NCBI GenBank assembly: GCA_963422375.2
Contig: OY729427.2
Location: 352,001-416,000 of the forward strand
DNA length: 64,000 bases
From: Bryobacterales bacterium
Lineage (GTDB): Bacteria > Acidobacteriota > Terriglobia > Bryobacterales > UBA6623
Direction: 5' to 3'
Of this stretch, positions 1 to 9,903 are shown in pieces; position 1 is the stretch's first letter; each line of letters begins with the position of its first letter. The position numbers were made by a program, and so were the translations under genes. Below the pieces are notes generated by a model. That model was not told the DNA's origin, ran no database searches, and saw nothing but the letters and a program-made list of their open reading frames with translations.

Positions 1-654
1 AGCATGAGCCAGTCGCAGTTCTCGTTCAACAGCGGCGGGGGGCGCTGCCCGACGTGCTCCGGCTCGGGTCGCCAGACGGTCGACATGCAGTTCCTCGCCG
101 ACGTGAGCCTGCCGTGCGAGGACTGCGAAGGCAAGCGGTATCATTCCGAGACGCTCGCGATCGAGTATCGGGCCAAGAACATCTGGGATGTGCTCCAGAT
201 GACCGTGGACGAGGCGCTGCGGTTCTTCGCGAGCCGCCCTAGAATCGTGAAGGGCCTGTCGGTCCTGTCCGAGGTAGGCTTGGGATACATCCGTCTCGGC
301 CAGCCCGCGACGCAGCTCTCGGGCGGCGAGGCGCAGCGCGTGAAGCTGGCCCAGCACATCGCCGAGGCGGACGCGACGGACACGCTGTTCCTGTTCGACG
401 AGCCGACGACCGGCCTCCACTTCGACGACATCCGGAAGCTGCTGCGAGCGTTCGACCGCCTAATCGAGGAAAACGCCACTCTGCTCGTCGTAGAGCACAA
501 TCTCGACGTGATCAAGTGCGCGGACTGGGTCATCGACCTTGGTCCCGAGGGCGGCGACGGGGGCGGCCAGGTCGTGGCGCAAGGCCCGCCGGAAACAATC
601 GCGCGGTGCGAGGCGTCCTATACGGGCCGCTTCTTGCGGGAGGTACTGGCGTGA
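1..654 (+). CDS. uvrA: Excinuclease ABC subunit A, C-terminal part (5'-truncated by window edge)
   Basis: [13 protein letters not shown]...CEDC zinc finger, ABC signature [12 protein letters not shown], Walker [21 protein letters not shown]. Confidence 0.95.
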   Translation, partial: SMSQSQFSFNSGGGRCPTCSGSGRQTVDMQFLADVSLPCEDCEGKRYHSETLAIEYRAKNIWDVLQMTVDEALRFFASRPRIVKGLSVLSEVGLGYIRLGQPATQLSGGEAQRVKLAQHIAEADATDTLFLFDEPTTGLHFDDIRKLLRAFDRLIEENATLLVVEHNLDVIKCADWVIDLGPEGGDGGGQVVAQGPPETIARCEASYTGRFLREVLA

Positions 655-1343
655 CGCAGACCGGAGGCGGGACCGCCGGCCGGGCCGGGGGACTGGCCGG
701 GAAGACGCTGCTACTCCTCGCGACGCTCGCCCCGCAGCTCGCCGCTCAGGACTGGGAGTTCCCTCACGCCCCCCATCTCGAGAGGGGCCTCGACTGCCGG
801 ACCTGCCACGCGGGGGCCGCGACGAGCCGGGACTCGGCCGACAGCCTCCTTCCGGACGGCCAGATCTGCGCCGCCTGCCATGACGGCGGCGCCGCGCCCG
901 CGATCCGCCCGACGCCCCTAGCGGATCGCCCGCCGACGGAGCGCACCTACCGCTTCGACCACGAGTTCCATCTCGGCCTGGGCGACGTCGCCCCGCTGAT
1001 CGCCTCCGCCATCGACAGCGGCGACTACTTCGGCAAGCCCGGTGACGCGCGACGCTTCCTCGACGACGGCAACGCCTGCGAGGCCTGCCACAGGGGCCTC
1101 CAAGAGAGTCTCGCGGTGAACTCGCCGGCGCACCTGCCGGTGATGGCGGATTGCATCGTCTGCCACACGCGGGTCGACAACCCCTTCTCGTGCAAGCTAT
1201 GCCATCACGAGGGGGTGGATCTGAAGCCGGCAGACCACACGCGGGAGTTCATCGACACCCACTCCACGGGCAGAGCCGGACTGGACAAGCAGTCCTGCCT
1301 ACCCTGCCACGGACGCAACTTCGCCTGCATGGGCTGCCACTGA
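651..1343 (+). CDS. Secreted multiheme c-type cytochrome (cytochrome c3/c7-like, 7 CxxCH)
   Basis: GTG start overlaps uvrA stop (GTGA); signal-peptide-like [49 protein letters not shown]. Confidence 0.85.
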   Translation: MTQTGGGTAGRAGGLAGKTLLLLATLAPQLAAQDWEFPHAPHLERGLDCRTCHAGAATSRDSADSLLPDGQICAACHDGGAAPAIRPTPLADRPPTERTYRFDHEFHLGLGDVAPLIASAIDSGDYFGKPGDARRFLDDGNACEACHRGLQESLAVNSPAHLPVMADCIVCHTRVDNPFSCKLCHHEGVDLKPADHTREFIDTHSTGRAGLDKQSCLPCHGRNFACMGCH

Positions 1344-1375
1344 GGGCGGGGCCGGGCGAACTCGGGTCCCCGCCC
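1344..1375. terminator. GC-rich hairpin between convergent genes, possible terminator
   Basis: GGGCGGGG...CCCCGCCC inverted repeat directly after the cytochrome stop; no U-tract. Confidence 0.35.
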
Positions 1376-1421
1376 CCCGGCTGCGGGGCGCGCTCGCCAA
1401 GGGGCCGATGCACTGTCGCGG

Positions 1422-2720
1422 TCAGACCTTGTCCGGCGCGGGCACCTCAAAGCCCTCGCGGTAGGTCTTGGCCAGCATCGCGTTGGCCTTCTCGTCCCGC
1501 CGGAACTGGTTCGTGGCGGGGTCGAAGCGAAGCTGCTTGCCGCGCTTGAACGCGATGTTGCCGAGGTGCGCCAGCGCCGCCGAGTAGTGCGCGGTCTCGA
1601 CCGGCCCGTGCTGGTCCTCCACCTTGCGGCTCCGCACGGCCTTGATGAAGTTCTCGTAGTGCTTGGTCGGGGCCTCGCCCTTCTCGACCAACTGCGGCTT
1701 GCGGCCGCGGAAGATCTCCCACTTGGTGTAGCCGGACACCACCAAGTAGCCGTCAGAGCCGTAGAAGATGTTGCCGTTGGCGGAGCGCGTCTCGTGGTTG
1801 GAGTGCCAGAAGCGCACCGCGACCTCGGCCATCTTGCGCTCCTTCCTGAATTGAAGGAGCGTCGTCAGCATTTCGGGAGTCTCCCGATGGTCGTCCCAGA
1901 TGTAGCGTCCGCCGGACGAGACGATGTCGTCGGGCAGGGTCACATCCAGCCCCCACTGGAGCATGTCGAGCTCGTGGATGCCTTGGTTGCCGATCTCGCC
2001 GTTGCCGAAGTCCCAGGTCCAATGCCAGTTGTAGTGGACGTGCTTCCGCGAGTAGGGGCGCCACTTGCCGGGGCCCACCCAGAGGTCGTAGTCGAGCGTG
2101 GACGGAGGCGCCTCGTCGGGAGCCGCTTCCAGCGCGGGGCGCCACTTGAAGATCGTCGCCCGTCCCATGTAGACGTCGCCGATCGCGCCCTCGCGCATCT
2201 TCTGCACGGCCTCGCGAATCGCCTCGGAGCTGCGCAGCTGGACGCCGTTCTGCACGATGCGACCGTGCTTCTTGGCGGCGGCGACGAGGCTGAGCCCCTC
2301 GTTGAACGTGTGGGTCGCGGGCTTCTCCACGTACACGTCCTTGCCGGCCTGGCAGGCCCAGATCGCCGCCAAGGTGTGCCAATGGTTGGGCGTCGCGATG
2401 GTGACGACATCGATGTCCTTATCCTCGATCACCCTGCGGAGATCCTGGACGACGTTCGGGCGGTGCCCGTGCTTCGACTCGAACTCGCCCGCGCGCTTGC
2501 GGCCGATCTCCGCGTCGGGGTCGACGAAGGTCGTTACTTCGACGTTCTCGATCGGCTGCAGACCGTACATATGGCTCTGCCCGCGGCCGTTCACACCTAG
2601 CACGGCGGCGCGAATGCGGTCGTTCGCCCCGATGACGCTGCTTCCCGCAGCGAACGCCGTGGCCGGCACGGCCGCGGCGGCGGTCTTGACGAAAGTTCTT
2701 CTTTGAATTGCGCTGGGCAT
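1422..2720 (-). CDS. Tat-exported Gfo/Idh/MocA family oxidoreductase
   Basis: Twin-arginine-like QRRTFVK leader, LGVNGRG Rossmann motif, IATPNHWH, KDVYVEKP, NQGIHELD. Confidence 0.9.
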   Translation of the reverse strand: MPSAIQRRTFVKTAAAAVPATAFAAGSSVIGANDRIRAAVLGVNGRGQSHMYGLQPIENVEVTTFVDPDAEIGRKRAGEFESKHGHRPNVVQDLRRVIEDKDIDVVTIATPNHWHTLAAIWACQAGKDVYVEKPATHTFNEGLSLVAAAKKHGRIVQNGVQLRSSEAIREAVQKMREGAIGDVYMGRATIFKWRPALEAAPDEAPPSTLDYDLWVGPGKWRPYSRKHVHYNWHWTWDFGNGEIGNQGIHELDMLQWGLDVTLPDDIVSSGGRYIWDDHRETPEMLTTLLQFRKERKMAEVAVRFWHSNHETRSANGNIFYGSDGYLVVSGYTKWEIFRGRKPQLVEKGEAPTKHYENFIKAVRSRKVEDQHGPVETAHYSAALAHLGNIAFKRGKQLRFDPATNQFRRDEKANAMLAKTYREGFEVPAPDKV

Positions 2721-3247
2721 GCTGGAAGCTCCCCTCCGGATACATGCTAGCGCATCCGCGAAATCGCTTCGATGCCTTCCGCCTCTGCGCCGCCGGCAGG
2801 CCGCCCGGCACATCCGGTCGCGTTGGCGGCGTCAGGCGCTCCTGCCCGCCGAACGGCAGGGCAGGAACTTGCAGCGCACCAAGGCCACGGGCGCACATGC
2901 ACGGCGGTCGTACTGGCGCTGGCCCTTCCGGCCGAGGCCCCGGCGACCGGTTGGTCGAACGGGATCTCCAGCGACCGCGGACCTCGTAGTCCGGCCGCGC
3001 CGGCCTTCCCGGGAGACTGCGGAATCCGCCGCTTCCCGCCGAGCCGGCGGCAGAACTTGGAATCGGAACTCATCCCGATGGGACTCCAAGAGCCCCTTGG
3101 GGCGGCGAGTCCGCAATCCGGACTGCGGCCAAGGCCCCGGACCGAACGCGCCGCCGTGCCGAGACGGGAGACGATTGGGAGTTCCGATGTGCTCGCTGCG
3201 GATCCAACCCGCGGCACTGGATCCTGAGAAGTCCGTCCAGTGCGAAG

Positions 3248-3784
3248 CTACGGCCGACGGACCAACGCCTGCACCGGGCTCGGCGCGAGCGCCTCGACCT
3301 GTCGCTGGAGCGAGGTGTACGGCAGCAGCGAGGCAAGGGGCCTCAGGCGGTCGCAGGCATCGCGATCAAGGCGCGCCACGAAGACATCCGCTTCCTCGGA
3401 GTACGAATACCGCTCGCAGCGAGGCTCCAGCGCCTCGAGCACCGGGAGTGCCCCGTCCCAGAAGTTCCGTCTGCGAAGCACCCGCCTCTGCAGTCCGACC
3501 TCGCGGTTGATCTCGAACTCGCCCCGCCGGCCGCGAAACGTGACTCGCAGGCAGCCATCAGCCCGGAACGACGACTTGGGGTCGTGGTCGGGAAAGCGTC
3601 TCAGCAACGCGGCCAGGTCGCCCGGAGAGGCCTCGATCGGCTGCCAGCGGAATCGGGAGTCGCCGCTGACGAGCGTCCCGCGCGCCAGCACGGCGGCCAC
3701 TCTGGCGGGATCCTTCCCGCACGCCCCGAGGATCTTCGCGGCCAAGTTATCCACCGGAACGTCGACCCGAGCCACGGCGGTCAT
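3248..3784 (-). CDS. Hypothetical protein
   Basis: Protein-like ORF of about 178 aa downstream of the MauE/DoxX gene on the same strand; start uncertain. Confidence 0.55.
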   Translation of the reverse strand: MTAVARVDVPVDNLAAKILGACGKDPARVAAVLARGTLVSGDSRFRWQPIEASPGDLAALLRRFPDHDPKSSFRADGCLRVTFRGRRGEFEINREVGLQRRVLRRRNFWDGALPVLEALEPRCERYSYSEEADVFVARLDRDACDRLRPLASLLPYTSLQRQVEALAPSPVQALVRRP

Positions 3785-3899
3785 GGAGACGTAGCCCGCG
3801 GACTCGGAACTGACCTTGCAGGGAATGACCGCAGGCAGGGGCAAGGCCCATGGTAGTCCTGCGGGGCCGCCGCTTCGGCGCCGTCCCCGGGCAAAGGCA

Positions 3900-4802
3900 T
3901 CATTCGATGAATCCGTGACTCCGCAAGGTCCCGCTGAGCTCCGGCTCGTCCCAGAAGACGATGCGCTCGAGAACCTCGCCGTCCGCCAGCAGGACGCCGT
4001 ATGGGACGTCCTGGAATTCGAACGTCTCGCGGAGGCGGTCCACGTCCGGGCTGAGCTTCACGCCCTCCAGCCCGGCATCGTCCAGAAAGCCCGGCCCCCA
4101 GTCGGAATCTTGGGTGGGCACCCCGACAAAATCGACCTGCCAGCCGTACCCGGCCATCGTCTGGCCCGCGTGGAGGCAGTGCATGCAGCTGGGATTGAAG
4201 AAGAACACGAAGGCTTTGCCCTGCCCGAGGGCGTAGGGCTGGCCGTCCGCGGTGATCGTCGCCTCGAACCTCTCCGACGGCCCCGGCCCCAAGCGGTCGA
4301 TGGCGAGCATCCCGGTGGCCAGCACCGCCACGGCCAGCGCCGCGAGGCCGGCGCCGCGAACGCCTCGGGACGGAGGAGAGAACCGGACGGCGGCGAGCGA
4401 GGCCGCCAGCATCGCTGCGTCGCTCCAGAAGAAGGCCGGACCGACCGCGCGCTCGAGCCACGGGAAGCAGGAGCAGTCCTCGCCGCGAAGAGCTTCGTAG
4501 TTCAGGGCCATGTACGCCATGAACACGACCAGCAGTGCCGAGGAAAGCCAACCGCCCCAGCGGCGCCACGACCGCCGGAGCAGCCAGATGGCCGCGATAA
4601 CTTCGGCCGCAGCCACGGCCAGCGTGCCGGCCAGGCTCAGACCGACCGGCACGAGGAGCTGCGTCAGCTTGAGCTGCCATCCCGAGATGTCAGACAGCTT
4701 CCACAGCCCCGCCGTGAACCAGAGCAGAGCCATGGCCGCGGCCGCGGCCAGTCCGAGCCGGTCCGTCCAGTGCCTGGATTGGGCTGCATCCGGGCCATCC
4801 AT
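3900..4802 (-). CDS. MauE/DoxX-family membrane protein with C-terminal thioredoxin-like domain
   Basis: Hydrophobic helices, AGLWK, EDCSCFPW (MauE-type CxCF), C-terminal FFFNPSCMHC (CxxC) and VPYG. Confidence 0.8.
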   Translation of the reverse strand: MDGPDAAQSRHWTDRLGLAAAAAMALLWFTAGLWKLSDISGWQLKLTQLLVPVGLSLAGTLAVAAAEVIAAIWLLRRSWRRWGGWLSSALLVVFMAYMALNYEALRGEDCSCFPWLERAVGPAFFWSDAAMLAASLAAVRFSPPSRGVRGAGLAALAVAVLATGMLAIDRLGPGPSERFEATITADGQPYALGQGKAFVFFFNPSCMHCLHAGQTMAGYGWQVDFVGVPTQDSDWGPGFLDDAGLEGVKLSPDVDRLRETFEFQDVPYGVLLADGEVLERIVFWDEPELSGTLRSHGFIE

Positions 4803-4936
4803 CGTCGTTGCGGTGCGTTGCATACGGGGCCTTGCCGTGCCTCCCAGAGTATGACGGACCGAGTGCGCGAGGGCGGTCGGAGCCGGCACTTGGGCACGAG
4901 CAGTCCCTCGGCCCTACTCTGCGACAATCGGACTCG

Positions 4937-6010
4937 ATGCAGAAATCGGACGGCATGAACTACGCCCCGGAGGGCAGGTCCCGGCCCGTGGTGGCGCCGG
5001 GAGAGTTCGCCATCGCGGCGGTCGCCCTCGACCACGGCCACATTTACGGGATGTGCAACGGACTCACCGAGGCGGGCGCGCAAGTGAAGTGGGCGTACGA
5101 CCCCGACCCCGCCAAGGTCGGGCAATTCCTGGACGCCTTCCCGCAGGCGAAGGCGGCGCGCAGCAAGGCCGAGGTGTTGCAGGACGGCGAGGTGCGCCTT
5201 GTCGCCTCCGCAGCGGTGCCCAACCTGCGCTGCCCGCTCGGCTGCGAGGTGATGGCGCACGGCAAGGACTATTTCACGGACAAGGCCCCGATGACCGCCT
5301 TGGACCAAGTGAAGCACGCGCGCAAGCAAGTCGCCGCCACGGGCAGGAAGTACGCCGTCTACTACAGCGAGCGGCTGCACACCGAATGCTCGATCTACGC
5401 CGGCAAGCTGATCAATGACGGCGCCATCGGGCGAGTGCTTCAGGTGATCGGGATGGGCCCCCACCGGCTGAACGCTCCCTCGCGCCCCGATTGGTTCTTC
5501 GAATTCGAGCGCTACGGCGGAATCCTATGCGACATCGGGAGCCACCAGATCGAGCAGTTCCTGCACTTCGCCGGCGCGCGGGACGCCACCGTGACTTCGA
5601 GCCGGGTTGCCAACTACAACAACCCCGACTACCCCGAACTCGAGGACTTCGGCGACGCGTCGCTCGTCGCCGACAACGGCGCGACCAACTATTTCCGCGT
5701 CGACTGGTTCACGCCGCACGGGCTGGGCGCCTGGGGCGACGGGAGGACATTCATCCTTGGGACCGACGGCTACATCGAGCTGCGCAAGTACCTCGACGTC
5801 GGTCGCGAGGGCGAGTCGGACCAGCTCTACCTAGTCGACGGACAGGGCGAGCGGCATATCCGCACGCGCAACACCGTGGGATTCCCGTACTTCGGACAGC
5901 TCATCCTAGACTGCTTGGAGCGAACGGAGAACGCGATGACGCAGGAGCATGCCTTCAAGGCCGCGGAACTGTGCCTGATCGCGCAGCGTGACGCGCAACG
6001 GGTAGCCTGA
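4937..6010 (+). CDS. Gfo/Idh/MocA family oxidoreductase
   Basis: LDHGHIYGM, KDYFTDKAP, GGILCDIGSHQ, RVDWFTP. Confidence 0.9.
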   Translation: MQKSDGMNYAPEGRSRPVVAPGEFAIAAVALDHGHIYGMCNGLTEAGAQVKWAYDPDPAKVGQFLDAFPQAKAARSKAEVLQDGEVRLVASAAVPNLRCPLGCEVMAHGKDYFTDKAPMTALDQVKHARKQVAATGRKYAVYYSERLHTECSIYAGKLINDGAIGRVLQVIGMGPHRLNAPSRPDWFFEFERYGGILCDIGSHQIEQFLHFAGARDATVTSSRVANYNNPDYPELEDFGDASLVADNGATNYFRVDWFTPHGLGAWGDGRTFILGTDGYIELRKYLDVGREGESDQLYLVDGQGERHIRTRNTVGFPYFGQLILDCLERTENAMTQEHAFKAAELCLIAQRDAQRVA

Positions 6011-6016
6011 TTCGCC

Positions 6017-7150
6017 GTGGACCTCGCGACGGCACTCGGTGCCGTGCTGGTCGCCTGCGGCGCGTATTACACCGCCGCCCTCTTGGCGGTTGCGACGTTT
6101 CGACAGGTCGCGCCGGACATCGATGCGCCCGGTGCTTGGCAAGGCGTTTCCCTGCTCAAGCCGGCGGTTGGGACGGGCCCGAGCTTCTCGAGGCTGCTAC
6201 GGACGCACGCGGCCCAGGACCATCCTGACTTCGAGATCTTGGTCGGAGCCGGTCCGCGAGACCACGCCGCTCGCTTGGCGGTGAGCGAGATCCAAGCGGA
6301 ATTCCCCCGCATCCGGGTCGAGTTCGTCGAGTGTCCCGAAGCGTCTCCCGGATGCAACGGCAAGGTCGAAGTGCTCGAGCGCTTGGCAGAACGGGCGACC
6401 AAGCCGGTCTGGATCATCAACGACGCCGACATCGGAGTACCGGCCAACTACTTTCGCATCCTGTGCGCGGAACTCGAGGCGTCGGACGTCGGGCTCGTGA
6501 CCTGCTTGTACGGTGCCGAGGGCGCAGGCAGCATCGCGTCCCAGCTGGAAGCAATTCGCACCAGCGCTGAATTCCCGCCTCAGGTGCTGCTCGCGCGCTG
6601 GCTCCAAGGCATGCGCTTCGCGCTGGGCTCGACGCTCGCCCTCCGCCGGGAGACGCTCGACAGACTGGGCGGTCTCGGGTCTCTGCGCGGCTTCGTCGGG
6701 GACGACTACCTGCTGGGAGAGCGGGTCGCCCGGGGCGGGCTTGACGTGGCCGTCTCGTCGCTGTCGGTGTCAACCCACGTGCCGGACCCGGGCGGGTGGC
6801 GCGATTCGTGGAACCGGCAGCTAAGGTGGTCGCGCACGATCCGGAAGCAGCGACCGGGCGGGCATCTGGGCCTGGTCGTGACCTGGGCGTTCCCGTGGGC
6901 CGCCGTCGCGCTGGCGGCCCAGCCGGCCTCGCTGTGGCCACTGGCAGCGCTCGCAGTGTCGGGGAGACTGGCTAGCGGCGCGATCTCGGTCGCCCGCTTC
7001 GGGGGCGGGCGGGCCCTGCGGGCATTCTGGCTGTTGCCGGCCGCCGACTTCGCCGCAGGAGTCGTCTGGGTCTGGAGCTACTTCGGCAGCGGAGTCAGGT
7101 GGGCCGACCGGCGCTTGCGCCTGGGCCCGGGAGGCCGCATTGTCCGATGA
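6017..7150 (+). CDS. hpnI: Hopanoid-associated GT2 glycosyltransferase (ceramide glucosyltransferase-like)
   Basis: SLLKP, NGKV, INDADI (DxD), VTCLY, GDDYLLG, RQLRWSRT; hopanoid genes nearby. Confidence 0.8.
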   Translation: MDLATALGAVLVACGAYYTAALLAVATFRQVAPDIDAPGAWQGVSLLKPAVGTGPSFSRLLRTHAAQDHPDFEILVGAGPRDHAARLAVSEIQAEFPRIRVEFVECPEASPGCNGKVEVLERLAERATKPVWIINDADIGVPANYFRILCAELEASDVGLVTCLYGAEGAGSIASQLEAIRTSAEFPPQVLLARWLQGMRFALGSTLALRRETLDRLGGLGSLRGFVGDDYLLGERVARGGLDVAVSSLSVSTHVPDPGGWRDSWNRQLRWSRTIRKQRPGGHLGLVVTWAFPWAAVALAAQPASLWPLAALAVSGRLASGAISVARFGGGRALRAFWLLPAADFAAGVVWVWSYFGSGVRWADRRLRLGPGGRIVR

Positions 7151-7922
7151 CCCGCTGAGACTGACGTTGTTGGACTCGTCGCGCGACTCCGGCGACCGGG
7201 CGCGCGGCAACACGCCTCATGCCGCGACGGGGCCGGGGCCGGCACGCAAGAGTACCCGACCGGCCGCTGGGCGGGCAGCGCAAACTTCCCCGCTTGGCCC
7301 GAGTCCGGGCAGGGCGCGCACGGTGAGTGGGCATAGAGGCGCTTGCCCGACCGCGGCGAAGCCCTCGCCGGGCTGCCGCCCGTTCCCGGCACTTCGGTAT
7401 CTCCCGTTTCTCCTTGTGAATCCCCCGTGACAGCGCCATTGGATTCCTAGCGTGCGATGCTCGGCTCCCCGAGCAGGCGGGCTCGGCAAGCCAGCGCGAG
7501 GAACGCCCCGCAACCAGCGCATTCGACTCGGTGACCCACCGGCCTACAGCGTCTGGACTGACTCCCCAGACGGAGACGGCACCCGGTTGCCCGCAACGGC
7601 TGTGTCGAACCCTCCACGCCGCAGCACCCAAGTCCCCGTGCCGCGACCCTAGGGCTCGCACTGGCGCGAGTCTTGCACGGCAATACGGTGACAGCCCAAG
7701 TGCCCGTCGACCCGAGTTCGGATGTCGCGATGACCTGCGCGCGAGCTGCGGACATCGGCTTCCGACAGCGCTCTTGCGCACCGCGAGCGACTCTACAGCC
7801 GCGATGCGCCGCAGAGCGGAGCGGTGCCGGAATCCAGCCTTCGCAATGCGCCTAGCCCTCCGGCGTTCCGTGGCTCGGACTCGCCAACTGTTCGACCCGC
7901 CGATCGTCCTCCCCGCGGACCC

Positions 7923-8354
7923 TCAAGCCGGTGATGACGCAGCACCCTGCGCCTGCCACTCGGCTTCCCGACCGGGATCCGGAAGAATCCGTCCCGACTC
8001 CATGGTCCATGACGCGGGAGCCTCGGAAATCCGACCCGAGACAAGACCCATGGAGATGCCGGCGATTCCTGCAAAACGCTCGAGCAGACCCTCGAGAATC
8101 CTGCGCTTCATGTCAGGCGACCGGCCCGCTCGGTTGCCGCCGGCGATGAAGTAGGGCGTGCTGAAACGCAGGGTGCCGCCGCCATGGGAATCGGCAACCT
8201 CTCCCGAGCCGTCCGACTCCAGGAATGCCACCTGCACGAAGTGTCTCGGCGCTCCGGAGATCCCGCAGTGGACATCCGTGAAGGCCACGGCGATTCGCTC
8301 GCGCTGATCGTATGTCAGCGAGTCTTTCGGAATCAGGCAACGATAGAATGGCAT
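7923..8354 (-). CDS. Tautomerase superfamily protein, cis-3-chloroacrylate dehalogenase-like
   Basis: Met-Pro N-terminus, TDVH, GAPRHFVQV, RAGR, MESG. Confidence 0.8.
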   Translation of the reverse strand: MPFYRCLIPKDSLTYDQRERIAVAFTDVHCGISGAPRHFVQVAFLESDGSGEVADSHGGGTLRFSTPYFIAGGNRAGRSPDMKRRILEGLLERFAGIAGISMGLVSGRISEAPASWTMESGRILPDPGREAEWQAQGAASSPA

Positions 8355-8386
8355 GATCTTGGCTCCCCTCGACTATCGCCTCGGCG

Positions 8387-8779
8387 TCATCCCTTCCAAC
8401 TCCAATCGCGGGCTGACACGACTACTTCATCTTCCGCGGCGCCGGTGAGGCGGCACCACGCATCTCCAACTGCCCTGAGAAACCGCGCCCTCGTGGCGTT
8501 GTCGCAGCCGTCCGGGATCCGGCCGCGTACTAGCGATGTCCGGGAGGGCAGGCCTCCGCGGAACCCGTAGCCCTTCGCGACAACGGTCCAGGAATGGGCT
8601 ACGGGGGCCGACTCCGGTCCCAAGGCATCGCGGCAGATAGACTCGAGCGCAGATTCGATTGCGGGCCGCGTACCGACAGGAACGCATCCCTCCTGCACAA
8701 AGAAGTCCAGGCTGGTCGTCTGATCGCCGCGCTTCCGCCGCAAACTGACGGCCCGCGCTGTCCGGAAGAATCCTACCAC
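8387..8779 (-). CDS. Small hypothetical protein, possible tautomerase-fold partner (start uncertain)
   Basis: Directly upstream of and co-oriented with the cis-CaaD-like gene; no Pro1. Confidence 0.5.
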   Translation of the reverse strand: MVGFFRTARAVSLRRKRGDQTTSLDFFVQEGCVPVGTRPAIESALESICRDALGPESAPVAHSWTVVAKGYGFRGGLPSRTSLVRGRIPDGCDNATRARFLRAVGDAWCRLTGAAEDEVVVSARDWSWKG

Positions 8780-9190
8780 GTCCGCGCCGCCATTCGTCTC
8801 GCGACCGAATTCCGCCCCGGCAAGCCCGCCGCTGGCCGCTCAGGGAGCCTATCGCGGAACAGGCTGGACTCTTCCGCCTCAACCTGACCGCACGAGCGTA
8901 CTGCGAGCGCATGCAGCGCGTCTCCGCCGACATCACTCTGGCGCGACTCTGGCGCGGGAAACCTGCACCGTCGCGCTCACGAGAGATCCCGGCCTGTCCG
9001 CCACGACTGATACCTTCCAGTTCGGGGCAGCTTCTGTGGCCCGGGGCTGGACAACCAGTGTCTTCTGAATTGGAGTGCCAACCACTCCTAAGCAATCCGC
9101 ATAGCCACCCGTCAATCGCCAAGGCGATGGATTCCCTTCAGGGAAGGGCGCATTGGAACTCTTCTCAGGACTCCCTGATTTCAACGCCCC

Positions 9191-9903
9191 TCATTCAGAA
9201 GCAAAGCGAATGGCATGATCTGAGATCGATCTAACCAGATGATCCAATGAAGTCACGTCGCTTAAGCTAGTGAACTCACCGGAATCGGCTGACTCTTTCG
9301 AGGAGAGTAGAAGCTTGGCGCTAGAGTAGAGACCATTCTCGACAAGCCTTCTGCGATGCCCCTCTGAATTCGGGAGGCACTGGTAAAGTGTGGATCCAAC
9401 GTACTGACCGGTTTGCGAGATGCATCACAATCCTCAAGGAGCATAATCCATCCCAAGAACAGCCGCAGAGCATCCTTGCCGAATGCGCCCTTGCGGTAAG
9501 CAGTCCACAAATCCTGAGCGGACCCAACGGCTTCTTCTACTCGGTTATTGAAATTGTTCCCGAACGACGGACCAATTTTTAACTTGAACTCCAATGCAGC
9601 CACAAGCGTCCCTCGCTGCAGTACCAGCATATCCCAGAGTTTCGTCCTCCTGAAATATCCGGGCAGTTTCAAGAGCTTCCCTCGCTCGCAAACGTCAGCA
9701 GGGGCCAGCCCATTCGCATCGAATAATGCCTTTGATAGACTCGCGAATCCATCCATGTTCTTGCCAGCGATTACGGCTCCGCGCCCTCCAACATCCGGTA
9801 CTCCCGAATTAGATTGCCTCCCTAGAGCGGCTTGCCTGTTAGCCCAGAAAAATTTTACTGCTTCACGAGCACGCACCCGGTAATCGACTAGATTCACGCT
9901 CAT
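9191..9903 (-). pseudogene. PaeR7I-family type II restriction endonuclease, frameshifted
   Basis: RGAVIAGKNMDGF, LPGYFRRTKLWD, EFK...GPSFGNNFNNRVEEAVG; frame changes near 9385 and 9355; native-looking C-terminus (RLVENGLYSSAKLLLS...FASE) ends at 9191 in another frame. Confidence 0.85.

Noticed and set aside
7150..7920. Long intergenic stretch as ncRNA or gene (also 2720-3250 and 11310-11920)
   Set aside because: No recognisable RNA motif, repeat or credible protein; a covariance-model search would be needed
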